Source: Intoshia linei
Taxonomy: Eukaryota > Animalia > Orthonectida
DNA: 64,000 nucleotides
Assembly (NCBI GenBank): GCA_001642005.1
Contig: LWCA01000003.1
Span: 65,649-129,648 of the forward strand
Direction of reading: 5' to 3'
The notes below the pieces were generated by a model that saw nothing but the letters and a program-made list of their open reading frames with translations, made no database searches and was not told the DNA's origin. A program made the position numbers and the translations under genes. The number at the start of each line of letters is the position of its first letter. Position 1 is the first letter of the stretch. Below are positions 49,634-63,298 of this stretch, piece by piece.

Positions 49634-52600
49634 ATGGCGCCTAAAGAAATAAAAAATTCACTTATTTTAAACGTTAAATCTTTTGAAATTTTACAAATTG
49701 GTTAGTACATTCAAGTTTTATGAGGTTTAAATATTTTTAAATTTAGTAAAGTCCTTTTTTGATGACTTGTATCAAGCTAAAATGAATTATTCAAAAGAGT
49801 TAAACAAAATTCATGACAATTATCACAAAAAGATGGACTGCTTTTTTCCATCAGAATAGTAAATTTATAAAAATGTTAAATTTTAAAAAATTTATACATA
49901 GTATAACTTCAAATTATTCAATTTCAAACTTGTGGTCAACGCTTATGCAAGAAGTTGATTACGAATCAAAGGTTTTTTAATTTTGTATATTTATTGTTAT
50001 TATATTAGTATAATAATATTATGTATAGTAATGTAAAAAATAATTATCTTACTAATTAAAAGTGATTTTTTTGTTCAAATTCATTATAACTGTATTCAAT
50101 TTTTTATCTTTTGTCCTTTTGGAATTGTAATATGAAATTTGTTTAGTATCATAGACATTAATGCACAATAACTCTTAATAAATGTATTGTATGATATTTG
50201 ATTATAATTTATCTATATTATATTTTCCTTCATCAGATATTTATTAATGTATTTAATGGTGTATTAAAATACATTACTCTTTTGATATATGCAATCAATG
50301 ATTATTCTACATAAAGATTGAAACATTTTAATCAATATATTAATTAAATATCGATTCTAAATTTACAAATGTATATTAATCCTTTCACTGTCTGATTATA
50401 GTATAGAATCTATACTATACACCGCATAATTTTGAAAAACTTTATTATTTTATTTTCATACATTTTCACATAGGTAATTTAATAATAATATTATTTTAAA
50501 TTAAAACATAAATTCCAGACGTCTGGTGATAGTACATAAAATTTCACTAAACAGTGAAAGGGTTAAATGAAAAGTTTGATTTTCCATTTTTTATTCAATT
50601 TTTCAAAATTTAAATATAGTTATATCCTAATTGTTTAATATACGTCAATAATTTAATGTATCATAAAGTAGTATCTTACTTAATATATAAAAATTATCAG
50701 TTTGTCATAGTACATGTAATGATTTATGTGATATTTTTAATTTTAGAACATAATATTTACGTTTTAATTGCCATGTAAAAAGGGTTCAAAGTTCATATAT
50801 TTTTTATCAAGTTTTATTGATTAAAATAAAGATTAACGATGTAATTTTGGATAAATGAAATTGTTTCATTTTCCTACTCTACATTTTATCGTTAAAGATT
50901 ATTACATTTCATTATTAATCGCTAAAAATTTTTAATGGAATATTACGGTAAATGGATTTTTGAGAGGTTCTATAATTATAATTACCAAAGGTTAATAACC
51001 ATTTGCTATTTGATTCGTATATAGGGCCCACTGTCATTTTTCAAACAACAGTCATTATCATTACAGAACCATTATGCATTATAATTTATAATGCATTACG
51101 TAAAAATGTAGAATGGTACCAAAGCTGAATTCGATAAATGGGATAATAAACTCGATGAAATTGTGTATTTAATTAAAGCAAGGGTCGGCAACCAGTGGCC
51201 AGTGGGCCAAAAGATACCACAGAATAATTTTGGTGGCCCTTTGAGTAAATATGTAAATTATATTTTTTTTAACTTTTAAGCCCTGTTTTAAATGCTTTCT
51301 ACTATAATTGGCTCATTATAATCATTTTAATACTGAATTTTCATATCCCTGGATTTTATTTTGTTGAATATACTAGAACCATTTCTCTTTCATTAAAATT
51401 GAAATGAATTAAATTTTCAAAAACGGGACCCGTAAAATTTTTTGATATAAAAATGTGTCCACGAAATGCAAAAGGTTGCGAACCTGATTTAAAGCATTAC
51501 AATCCTCATTAGCAGGTGTTTTACGGTACAACGTGTACTTATGTACCCAGCAACTGGTCTTCAGTGAATTAAATGACAAATTAAGAGAAAAGTTTAACCC
51601 AGAGCCGTTTTAAGACATGGGCAATATGGGCTGTAGCCCAGGGGCCCTCATTAAAAAAGGCCACCAAATTAATAAAAGTACTTACATTTAAATCTTAAAA
51701 AGAGGCTCTAAATTAATAAAAGTACTTTACATTTATATCTTAAAAAGAGGCTCCAAATTAATAAAAGTACTTTACATTTATATTTTAGAAAGGAGCCCCA
51801 ATTTATTAACAAATACTTCACATTTATATCTTAAGAATCAGTTTATAAGTTTTGAAGTTTATTGAAGTTTGAACTTTTTCTAAACTAAAAATAATTAAGT
51901 ATTAACTTCGAAATTGCTTAGCTCAACCTCGTTTGAATGCTCTCTCCTTAATGTCAATGAAAAAAAATTTGAAAAAATTTGTCTTAAAATTTAGTTTTGA
52001 CGTGGTCACATCATTTTTAATTAACATTTTATATTAAAGTACAAAATTTAGTCATTATATTTCATTGAAATACATTTAGTTAGCTTACGATTCTATAAAT
52101 CTACTGGAAACTGTTATATCAGAACCAATTAATGAATACTTGAATAATGAAGAAAATAATATACAGAGAAAATATTATAAACACAACATATTTGAATCTA
52201 GAATTCATTATTCGTATCATTGCATCAAGGAAGTATATATACATTTTATTATTATTATAATACTAGCTTGATTGTTATGTACTTTGTACAAACAGCATCT
52301 TAGCTCTAGCGAGGCAGACCTTTTTAATTCTGCAAAATAATAAATTCAATAATATAACCTTACTTAAATGAATAATACAATCACTATGATCAATCCTTTA
52401 AAAGAGTGGTTTCTAAACTTGAATTTCACATTGCCTTTTACTTTAAAGTGAATTATTCCATTTTAATTTTGATTTATTAACATTTGCGTAAATAATTTTA
52501 TAAATAATTGTTATCCAATTTTTTTAATTTATTAGAGAGAATGAGTGTATAATATTACAAATAAAGTAAAAACAGTCCAATCCTAAAAATTTTCATAAAC

Positions 52601-54610
52601 AGCTGAAACCCAGAAAAAATAAAATGGTAAATACCGGTAATTTCTTTTTGAATGTGATGGTATATATTCAGTATCTGATTTCGATGAGTAAAAAATGTCA
52701 ATTTTGTATCAATTATTAACGGAATCAGCACATTAAAAACATATTTCGAGTAATTTTTATCAACATTGTAATACATAATAAAAATGATAATAACAAACTT
52801 GTACTTTTTTGTTGTAGTTTTAAGTAAAAAGTAATTTTAAAGTTTTTAAACAATAAAAAATTGGATTTTTTCATTTGAGGTTGAATTAAGAAGTTTTTTC
52901 TACTACATTTGATAAAATCTGATTTTAAAAAAAATCGGAAAAAATGAATTTTTTCACATGATGATTTGAAATTTTTGTTTTTTTATTAAATATTTAATTA
53001 TACACATTATATTTTAATTGTATTAAATTTAGAGTGAAAATAGATTACAGCATTATGCTGAAAAATATCTAGTCAATTTCAGACAACTTAATAACAATGA
53101 AAAGTTTAAAATTATGGTAATTTTAAAATTAAAAAATTTTGTTTTATTTAAAAAAATTATAATGTACATCAGCCATGTCAAAACTTAAATACATGCCGGG
53201 CCGCATCATAAAATATTTTCTAGCATCACCTTTGGAAATTATTATAATATGAATCGATATCATTGATAATACACAATGTGTATTTAATAGTGACGTTAAA
53301 TAAAATAATTATGAACGTCATAAATTCAATACACAATTAACTAATATAATTTTTTAAATAAATCTACACCCTTGGATCATTAAAACATAACACGACAATT
53401 TATATTTTGGTTCACCCAATTTTTAAAAACCCTTAAGATGTTAAAAATATTCCCTTAAAACCCTATAAAATTTTTGATCCAAGATTATCATCACAATATT
53501 TAAAAAAATGGGTAAAAAAATTTTATTAAAAACCCAAAAAATGTTAGACTATTATCTAAATTATCTTTAAAATCTTTACAAATTTGATGAAAAAATTTTC
53601 CTTTAAAGAAACCCCTAAAATTTGGTCCAAAAATCAATAAATCAATTAAAAAAAATATTTTCTAAATTCGTTATACATTATGAATTTAAAAAATTTGAAT
53701 AAAATAATGAAATTGTATAAACTTTACAATGACGTAGTGACAATTTTATAAAAAACTAGCTTGGCAGTTTTGTACTATGTACAAACAGCACCTAGCTCTG
53801 CCGAGAGCACTCTTTTATTATACCAAAAAAATAAATTCACGTTGAAAATCTAACTTAAAAATTCTACTATTAACTATTATCAATCCTTTGTTTTGTTTTG
53901 TTAACATTTTCGTAAAGAATTTAAAAACAATTGTTATCCCATTTGATTAATTTATTAGACAGAATGTGTGTATAATATTAAAAATAAAGTAAAAATAGTC
54001 CAATCCTAAAAATTGTCATAAATAGCATAAATTCCAGAAAAAATAAAATTATAAAAACATATTTTGTCATTTTTAATGTGATGACATATATTCAGTATCA
54101 ATTTAATAAATACTTAATAATACCAATTGTGTATCAATAATTAATTGAATCTTCACTTTATAAATATTTCAGTCGAATTTTACCATTATNTTTTTCTGAT
54201 AAATTTTCATTGAAATTTATTTTTTAATTTATTTAAATTGTACTTTTAACTAACAAAAATTAAATTAAATTTTAGTAAATAATAATAAATAAAATATAAG
54301 CTGAAATTAGTGTAAAATAATTTTAATATTTTGTTGTTACAGCGAAATGTATTATCAATCTGCCAAAGAATGTCCCATAAAATAGTCAAAAACGGTGGAC
54401 CTAGTAATTACACTTCATTTCAAATATAAAAAAGTTTATTCGAAATTTTATCAAATTGTTAATACTCAATACAATATTGTTCGTTTTTGACGTGACAATG
54501 CAAGTTGTTAATTACACTACGTTAATATATTTTATAGGTTTTAAGAAAAAGTATCAAAGCACTGAAAAATCTAAAAAATGAATTAAATAATAAATCATTG
54601 GAAAAAGCCA
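49634..54610 (+). CDS. Possible F-BAR/FCH-like coiled-coil protein (partial model)
   Basis: MAPKEIK..|KVLFDDLYQAKMNYSKELNKIHDNY..|SISNLWSTLMQEVDYESK| resembles the FCH pattern (YSKxLxK...WxxL). Later exons (53033-53116, 54538-54610) are phase-compatible but uncertain. Confidence 0.35.
50380..50562. mobile_element. piggyBac-type MITE
   Basis: TTAA|tcctttcactgt ... acagtgaaaggg|TTAA. Confidence 0.8.
51179..51486. mobile_element. hAT MITE (family of 2547-2848)
   Basis: Termini caagggtcggcaacc / ggttgcgaacctg; TSD aattaaag/atttaaag. Confidence 0.75.
51653..51832. repeat. 45-bp tandem repeat (about 4 copies) inside a Tip100-like MITE starting at 51600
   Basis: Unit aaaaagaggctccaaattaataaaagtactttacatttatatctt; only about 1.3 units in the 7062 copy. 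Confidence 0.85.
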
Positions 54611-56361
54611 AGTAATTTTCTCAAATTTTGTATTATTGTGAATGATTACTCACCATTGGTTAGTGGTCATTGATCAAAATTAGAGTTTCAATGTTGCCGG
54701 CTTTTTCATTAGTTGTGATTTAAATTTTTAAGCGTACATTAATTTTTTCAGAAATATGGTTTAAAATATTAATAGAAAAGAACAATATAATAATAAATTA
54801 AAATGAAAACAATTTGACGAACAATTCAAAAAATAATGCATACAAACAGTATAAGTTATAGTGTAAGTATAGTTAAATTATAATTATAAACTGTTTGGTT
54901 AGATATTGATTCTAATTATTAATTTTATATTTACTACTAGGTTGACTGTTATGTACTACGTATAAACAGCACCTAGCTTTGTCGAGGGCACATTTTTATT
55001 CTACCAAAAAAATAAACATTCAAAATCTAACTTAAAAATGCTACTATTCAGTATTATCAATCCTTTAAAGGAGTGGTGCCCAAACTTGTTTCGGGTGGAA
55101 GTCTTATATCACATTACTTTTTACTTTAAAGTGCATTATTCTTAATTTTGTTTTTTTAACATTTGTGTAAAGAATTTTATTACAACTGTTATCCCATTTT
55201 AATTTATTAGACAGAATGTGTGTATGATATTAAAAATAAAGTAAAAACAGTCCAATCCTAAAAATTGTCATAAATAGCATAAATTCCAGAAAAAATAAAA
55301 TTATAAAAACCTATTTTTTCATTTTCAATGTGATAATTATCATTATATTCAGTAATAATTTAATAAATACTTAATAATACCAATTATGTATCAATAATTA
55401 ACAAAATCAGCACTTTATAAACATATTTCAGGTGAATTTTACCAATATTCCAAAGGATTGTAATAAATATAAAAATGATAATAACAAAGTTGTATTACTT
55501 TTAGTAATTCGTTGTTGTGGTTAAATTTAAATTTTAAACAAAATGTTTTGAAAATGAGAATTTGAGATTGAAAAGTTGCGAAGGAATGAATTATATACAT
55601 TTCTTGATTGGAAATGTGTAGACNAGCAGAATTTTAGGCTGATTTAATTAATTTAATCACTTAAAATGAATCAGAAAATTATTATTTTTGTTGTCAATAG
55701 GCAATGATTTAAATCGCAATATCAACATGTTATCAATCACCAAATCTGAAATTTAAGGTGTCTAAAGATAAAGTATATTCTTGTCTATAAAAAAAATATC
55801 TACTTGTTACATTCCATCAAGTATTTTTCGAGGTACAATATGAAACATGGATGACTACATATGCAATCATCGGTCACTAATGGGTTAAATATCCTACTAT
55901 TTACTTTTATAAATCCTTTAAAGGTGTGGTTCTCAAACTTGTTTCGGGTGGAACCATCATATCACATTATTTTTACTTTAAAGTGAATTATTTCATCTTA
56001 AATTTTTTGTTTGTTAACATTTGCGTAAATAATTTTAAAAATAATTGTCCCATTTTTTTAATTTATTAGACAGAATGAGTTGTATAATCTTAACAATAAA
56101 GTAAAAACACTCAAATCCTAAAAATTGTCATAAATAGCATAAATTCCAGAAAAAATAAAATTATAAACTATTTTGTTATTTTCAATGTGATAATTATCAT
56201 TATATTCAGTAATAATTTAATAAATACTTAATAATACCAATTATGTATCAATAATTAACAAAATCAGCACTTTATAAACATATTTCAGGTGAATTTTACC
56301 AATATTCCAAAGGATTGTAATAAATATAAAAATGATAATAACAAAGTTGTATTACTTTTAG
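52263..56361 (-). mobile_element. Cluster of Helitron family copies (3' CTAG ends at 52263, 53756, 54937; internal piece about 55890-56361)
   Basis: Repeated blocks such as aaagtaaaaacagtccaatcctaaaaattgtcataaatagcataaattccagaaaaaataaaa, plus the shared hairpin/CTAG terminus; interspersed with unique DNA. Confidence 0.75.
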
Positions 56362-56362
56362 N

Positions 56363-56949
56363 TATCTTCTTTCTCTTAAAAATGAAATCATTCACTACTT
56401 CCCAACTCTTAATGATACAGATGTATTTAATTCCCTTATAAGAGATCCATTTATATTTGATTTTGAACAGTTATTAGTGAAGGAATTAGTATTCCAAGAA
56501 GAATTCATAGAATTAATTAATTATGGCTCTATCAAAATAACATTTCCTAAAAGTACGATAACTGAATTTTGGATAGCTATAGCACAATCATATCCAAACC
56601 TTTTTAAAATGATTCTCAAAATAGTTATGCCGTTTTCAACAATTATATGAATGTGAAAAGGCATTTTCAACACTCATACAAATAAAAACAAAATCTAAAA
56701 ACAGACTATATGTCAGTGATGATTTGAGATGTGCTTTATCCAAAAAAGAACCAAGAATAGTTGAATTGTCATAAATCAAACAGAAACATTTTTCACATTA
56801 GTTTAGTAAAATTTAATTTGAATTAATAATGTTTGTAGGAGCTACGGCTCTGAATATATCAATAAATTTAATTTTTTTTGGACATGTTTTACTTGGGGGT
56901 CCCGAGCAAAATTAAAATTAAAAATGGACCAAAAATTTGAGAACCTCTG
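56363..56949 (+). pseudogene. hAT Buster/Charlie-type transposase C-terminus (hATC dimerisation domain) with right TIR
   Basis: IRDPF..EEFIEL..EFWIAIAQSYPNL..IVMPFST/(frameshift)YECEKAFSTLIQIKTKSKNRL..DDLRCALS..EPRI with an internal stop; TIR tttgagaacctctg ends at 56949; left side cut by the N at 56362. Confidence 0.88.
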
Positions 56950-58007
56950 GTTTAGAGTTTTAGTCATTTTAATATATCAGTCATTATGAAGAATTTTTTT
57001 TAATTTTAAATTAATTCATATCTATCATTCCAAAATCCATTTTTACCTACCCTTAAAAAAAATTTATTTTTATTTACCCTTATGACTGAAACTCCAAACG
57101 GACGGTAACATATATAAATTATATTTAATAGTAAATCTCAAAATTTTCATCTAAATATTGTCAATGTAAAAATTCAACTCTAATTCTTAAAAGTAAATAT
57201 AAAGTGTTATTAAAATTACTTAAACTTGTATATAAAATAAAGTCGCATTTCTTTGCGGTGCACCTGAACTCTACTTATGGCGTACAGGATAAGAATCACT
57301 GGGATAGCATATTGGTCAGGTTTTTAGAATAAGAGCAATATAACATTTTTAAAAAATAATATACAAAATAGTAAAATATAATCATTTCTTAATTTAATAA
57401 GGCAGATTTTATTTAAAAAAAGGTAAATTCGGTTTTTTACCCTGAAGCCGTCAATTTATTAAAATGCACAAAAACATCACTCTCGGAAAACTGTATTAGA
57501 AATTTGAATTTTTTAATTAATTTATAAGACATTGTTTATTAAAAAAAGAGGATAATTCGCTGATGCGTCGGCAAGATCGATTTTTTCCAAATAACTATGG
57601 AAAAAAAAGATATTTCCCTTATGCATTTGTAAGACCTTGTTTTTTAAAAAAACATTGGAAATTGTTTCATTGTTCGTACAGGAACAAACTTTTCTCGATT
57701 ATAAGCAGACCCCTGAAATACAAATTTTCAGTGACATTTTTAACTAAATAAAATTTATAAATTTATACTAATTAGAAAAAACTTTTAGTGTATTTTTTAT
57801 ATTTTTTAAGGTCTACTTGTTTTTGATTATAAGCATTTTTCCTTCTACTGTCGAATATAAGAAGACGTCTTATAATCGAGAAAAGACAGTAGGCTTAAAA
57901 TGTCTTAGTAGTAGAATTTACACTTTCAAATCATATTTAAATAAAATTCATTTACTGTAATAATATATATAATTTACATGTTAATAATAATTGTAATATA
58001 TACTATA

Positions 58008-58749
58008 CTAGGTTGACTATAATGTACTACGTACAAACAGCACCTGGCTCTGCCGAGGACATATTTTTATTATACCAAAAAAATAAATTCACGTTGAAAA
58101 TCTAACTTAAAAATCCAACTATTCACTATTATCAATGTTTTAAAGGAGTGGTTCCCCAATTTGTTTCATGTGGAACATCATATTACATTACTTATTACTT
58201 TAAAGTGAATTATTTCATCTTAATTTTTTGTTTGTAAACATTTGCGTGAAGATTTTTAAAAACAATTGTTATCCCATTTTTTAATTTATTAGACAGAATG
58301 TGTATATAATATTAAAAATAAAGAAAAAAACAGTCCAATCCTAAAAATTGTCATAAATAGCATAAATTCCAGAAAAAATAAAATTAAGAAACCTATTTTG
58401 TCATTTTCAATGTGATGACATATATTCAGTATCAATTTAATAAATAAATCCTAAAAATTGTCATAAATAGCATAAATTCCAGAAAAAATAAAATTATAAA
58501 CTATTTTGTTATTTTGAGTGTGATGATTCATTGAGACGTCTCATCTTCACCTTTATGGCCTGTTTGCTTCTGAATGTCACTTTTCTTTTTACCATTTTAT
58601 GTTAAATTTGAAAAAATTATAAGTAAAAAAAACGTAAATAAAGTAAGTAGTTGAAATGTGAACTTTATAAAATTCTAAGACTGGTAGTTATTTTATTAAA
58701 GTGGAACATACACACACAAAAATCGCGTAGCATATTATATAAGTTAAGA
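58008..58749 (-). mobile_element. Complete non-autonomous Helitron (742 bp)
   Basis: Minus strand reads A|TCTTAACTTATATAATATGC ... hairpin ... CAACCTAG|T: TC start, CTAG end, insertion between A and T, no TIR or TSD. Confidence 0.85.
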
Positions 58750-58786
58750 TTTTACTATATAGTTTTTTTCATTTCATTTAAATTGT

Positions 58787-58945
58787 AAAAAAAAATCTTA
58801 AAAAAATCCCCTTAAAAGTTTAGTAAAAAAAATATTAAAAATTCCCTTTAAAGGTTTAGCAAAAAAAATCTTAAAGAACGTCCTTGGAAGTTTAGTTAAT
58901 AAAAAAAATCTTAAAAAACGCCCTTGAAGTTTTATTAAAAAAAAT
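58787..58945. repeat. Degenerate tandem repeat, unit about 38 bp
   Basis: About 4 copies of aaaaaaatcttaaaaaaatccccttaaaagtttagt-like units. Confidence 0.7.
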
Positions 58946-59594
58946 AATGTATATAAAATAGTTTTAAGAAAATCTTTTACAGAAGCGACGATTTACAATT
59001 AAAACTCTACAAATTAACGTATAATTAAAAGATACACCTTGCTAATTTTTCAAATGCCATTTTTTTGATGCTAAAATTTTAAAAATCAATATTTTGATTT
59101 ATTACACGACTACATTTTATTATTTTACATTATTATATCATTTAGGAAAAATTATATTTTATACGTTACTGTGAATGCGATGCAAAAACAATAAATAAAT
59201 TACTTATTTTTTAGTACAAATTTCGCAATTACCCATGAAAAATATCATTACCCACAGGATGGGAATCACTGTCCTATACTAAACATTATTTTCTAATCTA
59301 ATATAATAACAAGGACTCAATTTCTGTAAATAACATTTACGATAAAACTCCATCTCGAAAAACTATATTAGAAATTGATGTTTTTAAATCTGTACGCCTT
59401 TTACTTTGTTAAATAAATGGTTATAATCAGACAGACATACACTTTTAGCTGAATTACTTTATATGTAACTTACATATAAGTACATAATGTAAATAAGGAT
59501 AACGGATTAGAGTGTAATGATTAGACCATTTCTTCCGAATTTGGAAACGAAAAGTTGAAAAAAATATTTTATGAAAACTAACGTATACATTTAG

Positions 59595-59913
59595 GAAAGA
59601 ATGTGGCTTTGAAATTGACATTTGGAGTTTAGGAATTTTACTTGTTGAATTGGTACAAAACGTTCCACCCTATTCCAAAAAATCTTATGATGAATGCTAT
59701 GATCTTATCATATCTAATGAACCGATACCTGTAAATGAACACCTGTTTTCACTAAACCTTTTAAATTTAATTTATCAATGTCTCCGCAAAGAAGCTAGCG
59801 ACCGGATCCACATTTGTGAAATACAAAACCACGCATATTTAAAATCATCAAATTTCGATCAATACACCAATTTTATGCTACAATTCAATCATACCATAAA
59901 TATAAAAAAATGA
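59595..59913 (+). CDS. Terminal exon of an STE20/PAK-like kinase (subdomains IX-XI)
   Basis: AG acceptor then KECGFEIDIWSLGILLVELVQNVPPY..LIYQCLRKEASDRIHICEIQNHAYL. Upstream exons not securely found. Confidence 0.75.
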
Positions 59914-61275
59914 ACATTTTATCTTCTATTCTCTTATATACTTTAAACTAAATTTTAAGTCAATAAAATTTAAAAGTCAATATGCAGGTTTTGAATGTTA
60001 AAGTAAATATATATTACAGATGTGTTAAAATTTAATTCTTTATTTTCAGTTTCATTTGTATAACATATCAAACCATGTGTTTTCAATATTTTATCAATTT
60101 GATCAACAGTTTTTTCGATAAATTCAAATCAAAGAAAAAGCGTAAATTTCAATTTAAAATTTTTTTATTGGATTTTAGCTGACATTGAGGAAAAGGAAAT
60201 AAAGGAATATGTCACTATTATCAAAAACATTGATAAAAGTACTTTTTTTATTACTATTAATTACAATATACATTTCGAAACAGCTGACCTTTCAAAATTA
60301 GTAAACAGTTGTATCTGCAATATGATCTTTTGGTCTGTTCAAATTAATAGTCGCGTTGTATGATGTTAGATTAAGCCAATTTATTGCATGTATGTCCCAC
60401 ATGTAAGGTCTTTACATCAATTGAATAATGTTTTATAGTCTTTTTAGAAAAAATTGACTTTTATGTGTATAATTGGAGATTACTTTTTTATTTTAAATAC
60501 AGTCTATCCTGTTTAATATGAACATTAGGGTACCAAATTTATTTCATAATACATTATAATACATATTTTACATTATAATGTAAAGTTAATACATTAAACT
60601 AATTTTTTAATTCAAATATAAGTTGTAGAAAATATTTATATATTAATTTCAGTTGAAAAAATTAATGTTTTGATAAAATACATTTTAGTTGTGTTATACT
60701 TTAGGATAATCTTTATAATTTACATTTTATTATAACTTAGCCTTTAATTTAAAAGGTTTATCTGCTGTTTCTATGTTTTTAAATTCTCTAGTTGCCAACT
60801 ATTTCTAAATCCCAAAAATGGCGAGTTATACAAATACTGTACTTTAATTATGTAATTTATCTTGTGCAATACCAAAGAAATCTGTAATCTTCTAAGACCG
60901 TATAGATTTTTCAACTTTAATCTCATCCATTTTTTAATTAAATGGTAACACATCAGATTTATTTATAGTTTATAAAGTACAGGATTCTCATGTATGACTT
61001 ATACCTAATATTAACTTTTTGAGGATAATTTCTTTATATTATAAAATCGAAAAAGCCTGTGCAATGGATAATATCAATGAATTTGAATATCATAAAAGCC
61101 AGTGCAATAGATAATATTTGTGATTTTGGAAATCACAAAAGCCTGAAAAATAATATCAACAAGCGTAGTTTTTAATTCCTTTGTTAATAGAGATGAAATA
61201 TTCATGAAAATTAATGCTAATAGACCCAAAAATAATATAAATCGGGGTGTCCTATGTTTATTGCGCGCACGGTAG

Positions 61276-62890
61276 TAGGGTGTCAACTTATTTTGTTTTT
61301 TTTCGTTTTTGATAAACGTGTAGCATTAAACTGAATTAAAATATTTTTTTAGGCACATAGACGTAAACAATTTATAAAAATAATCATAAACGAATTCGCG
61401 TTGGACGTTTTAAATATCACTGTAAAAATATTATGGAGAAATTAAAACTGAACTTCATTTTAACGGAAATTGGCGTTTGAGCTTTTAAACGTGGTATCGA
61501 CTTTATAATTATCTTCTCCATGTTTGGTTATACAGTTTATTTTTTAAAATTTGTTTCTGGCTCAATTTTTTTTGGATTTTATAAACGATTTAATTTCTCG
61601 AATTCTGGCCACAAAGTTATATTTTACACTAATTTATTTTTTAATTATTTTAAAATGTCTCAAAGAAATGGAAATATTATCATTGGAAATTATATTTTAT
61701 TTAATTTCAATGATATGAAAATACCTACTGTAAGAAATGTGTTGGCGAGGTTATTATGGTTAAAAGAAACAAAGAAAGTACGCTTATTTCTACAAGTATC
61801 GAAGGAGGTTCTTTCCATTTATATTAAAACTGGCTTAAATATAATATCATTAATTAAAATTGAATGTAAAATCAAAAAATTGTTTGGCGAATATCGAATT
61901 ATTCTACGAAATCCAACATTATCTAGAGCTCAAGTATTTCGTAATAAATTAGATAATATTTTTTTAGTCGCAAAAGATGAATAATCTAAGACACACTCTG
62001 AGGATATTGAATTCCTTAATTGTTAAAAGGATGGAATTGGTTTAATGGCATCCACTACTACAAATCATCCATACTTGGAATTAATTAAAAAATACATTGA
62101 TATCGAAAAAAAAAAACGAAAACAAATCGAAAGAAAAAATGGAAATTATAAAAAACATTACACAGCTATACATTCTATCCAAGAATCAATTTATTCTACA
62201 GATGATGATACGGCTTCTTTTGATTCGTCTAACCTAAAAGAAAAATCTTCATGGCGGTCATGTGATAAAAAAATGTTTCACTCCGTGGAGCTGCAGATTT
62301 GCTTGGTATATCTCACGAAACAATCAGAAAAAAAAGAAATTTCCAAAGAAATAAAGATTATAAAATATTTAAAACAATGGTAAATGATATTTCAAATGTT
62401 GTGGTATATTTTGATTCTAAAAAGATCGACAAAATTAAAAGAATGGCAGTTGTTATTATCGACATTAAAACTAAACAGGAATTAGTATTAGGTGTTGTTT
62501 CCCAGAACGATGGTAACGGGTATTACTACTGCCAAAACAGTATACAATCTTCTAAAGAAATGGAACGTAGAAAAGAAAGTTGAAATAATAATATCTACAG
62601 CATTTTTCACTATTTATGGAAAACTAATGCAACCTGACATTTTAGGGTATAAATTTGTCAAAGACGTTCAAAGTATATATTATCAGAACCAAGGAAGGTA
62701 TCGGGCAGATAGAAAAGCACCTAAAATTGAATGTGAACATGATTTAACCAATACGTTATTGGTGTTAAAGAAACGCGGAAATCTACGAAATGATTATGAG
62801 GAATGTTGTAAACTCGCCATTGCCATTATCTTTAAATTATTTACCATATTAATTAATTATTACCAATATTTTTTAAAGAAAAAGACATGA
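61276..62890 (+). pseudogene. Degenerate hATm-type DNA transposon
   Basis: Left end tagggtgtcaac. Broken ORFs IPTVRNVL..KIKKLFGEY..FRNKLDNIF, VVYFDSKK..ELVLGV../TGITTAKTVYNLLKKWNV and LRNDYEECCKL resemble hATm transposases; stops, frameshifts and an internal deletion. Confidence 0.7.
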
Positions 62891-63104
62891 TTATAAGTCT
62901 ACATAAATCATTTAATTCAAAAATGTACGAGGTTATGATGAATAATAAATAATTTGATAGATGTATAGAATATAATATATCAATAAATAATTATATTGTT
63001 TTGCAAAATTGTTGAGACTTTCATATTTACACATAAATGTACAAGGTAAATTTCTACTAATTAATTCGGCCCATTTTTTTATTTTTTTTAGCCTACATAT
63101 AGCT

Positions 63105-63298
63105 CATATAGCTGATTCTTTATAATAAACCATATATTTTCTATTGGGATATATCAGGAGAATAAGGAGGCCAATTTAATAATTGTATTGATTCAGCAGC
63201 AAACCTTTCTCTTGTTTTTTTGATCACAAGAGGTCTAGCATTATATTGTTGAAAGACAAAGCCAGGAACTATGTTACTTAGTTGAGTAAATACATCTT
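63105..63298 (-). pseudogene. Tc1-family transposase DDE fragment
   Basis: FVFQQYNARP..IQLLNWPPYSPDI/(frameshift)PIENIW corresponds to the FQQDNARPH..WPPxSPDLNPIEN motif with the catalytic D mutated. Confidence 0.85.

Noticed and set aside
51653-51832. CRISPR-like repeat array
   Set aside because: Units are directly adjacent with no unique spacers, lie inside a MITE, and the DNA is eukaryotic with no cas genes.
55325-56361. Apparently identical duplication of about 180 bp (55325-55504 versus 56182-56361)
   Set aside because: The second copy ends exactly at the N at 56362 inside a multicopy Helitron; most likely a repeat-collapse or scaffolding artefact.
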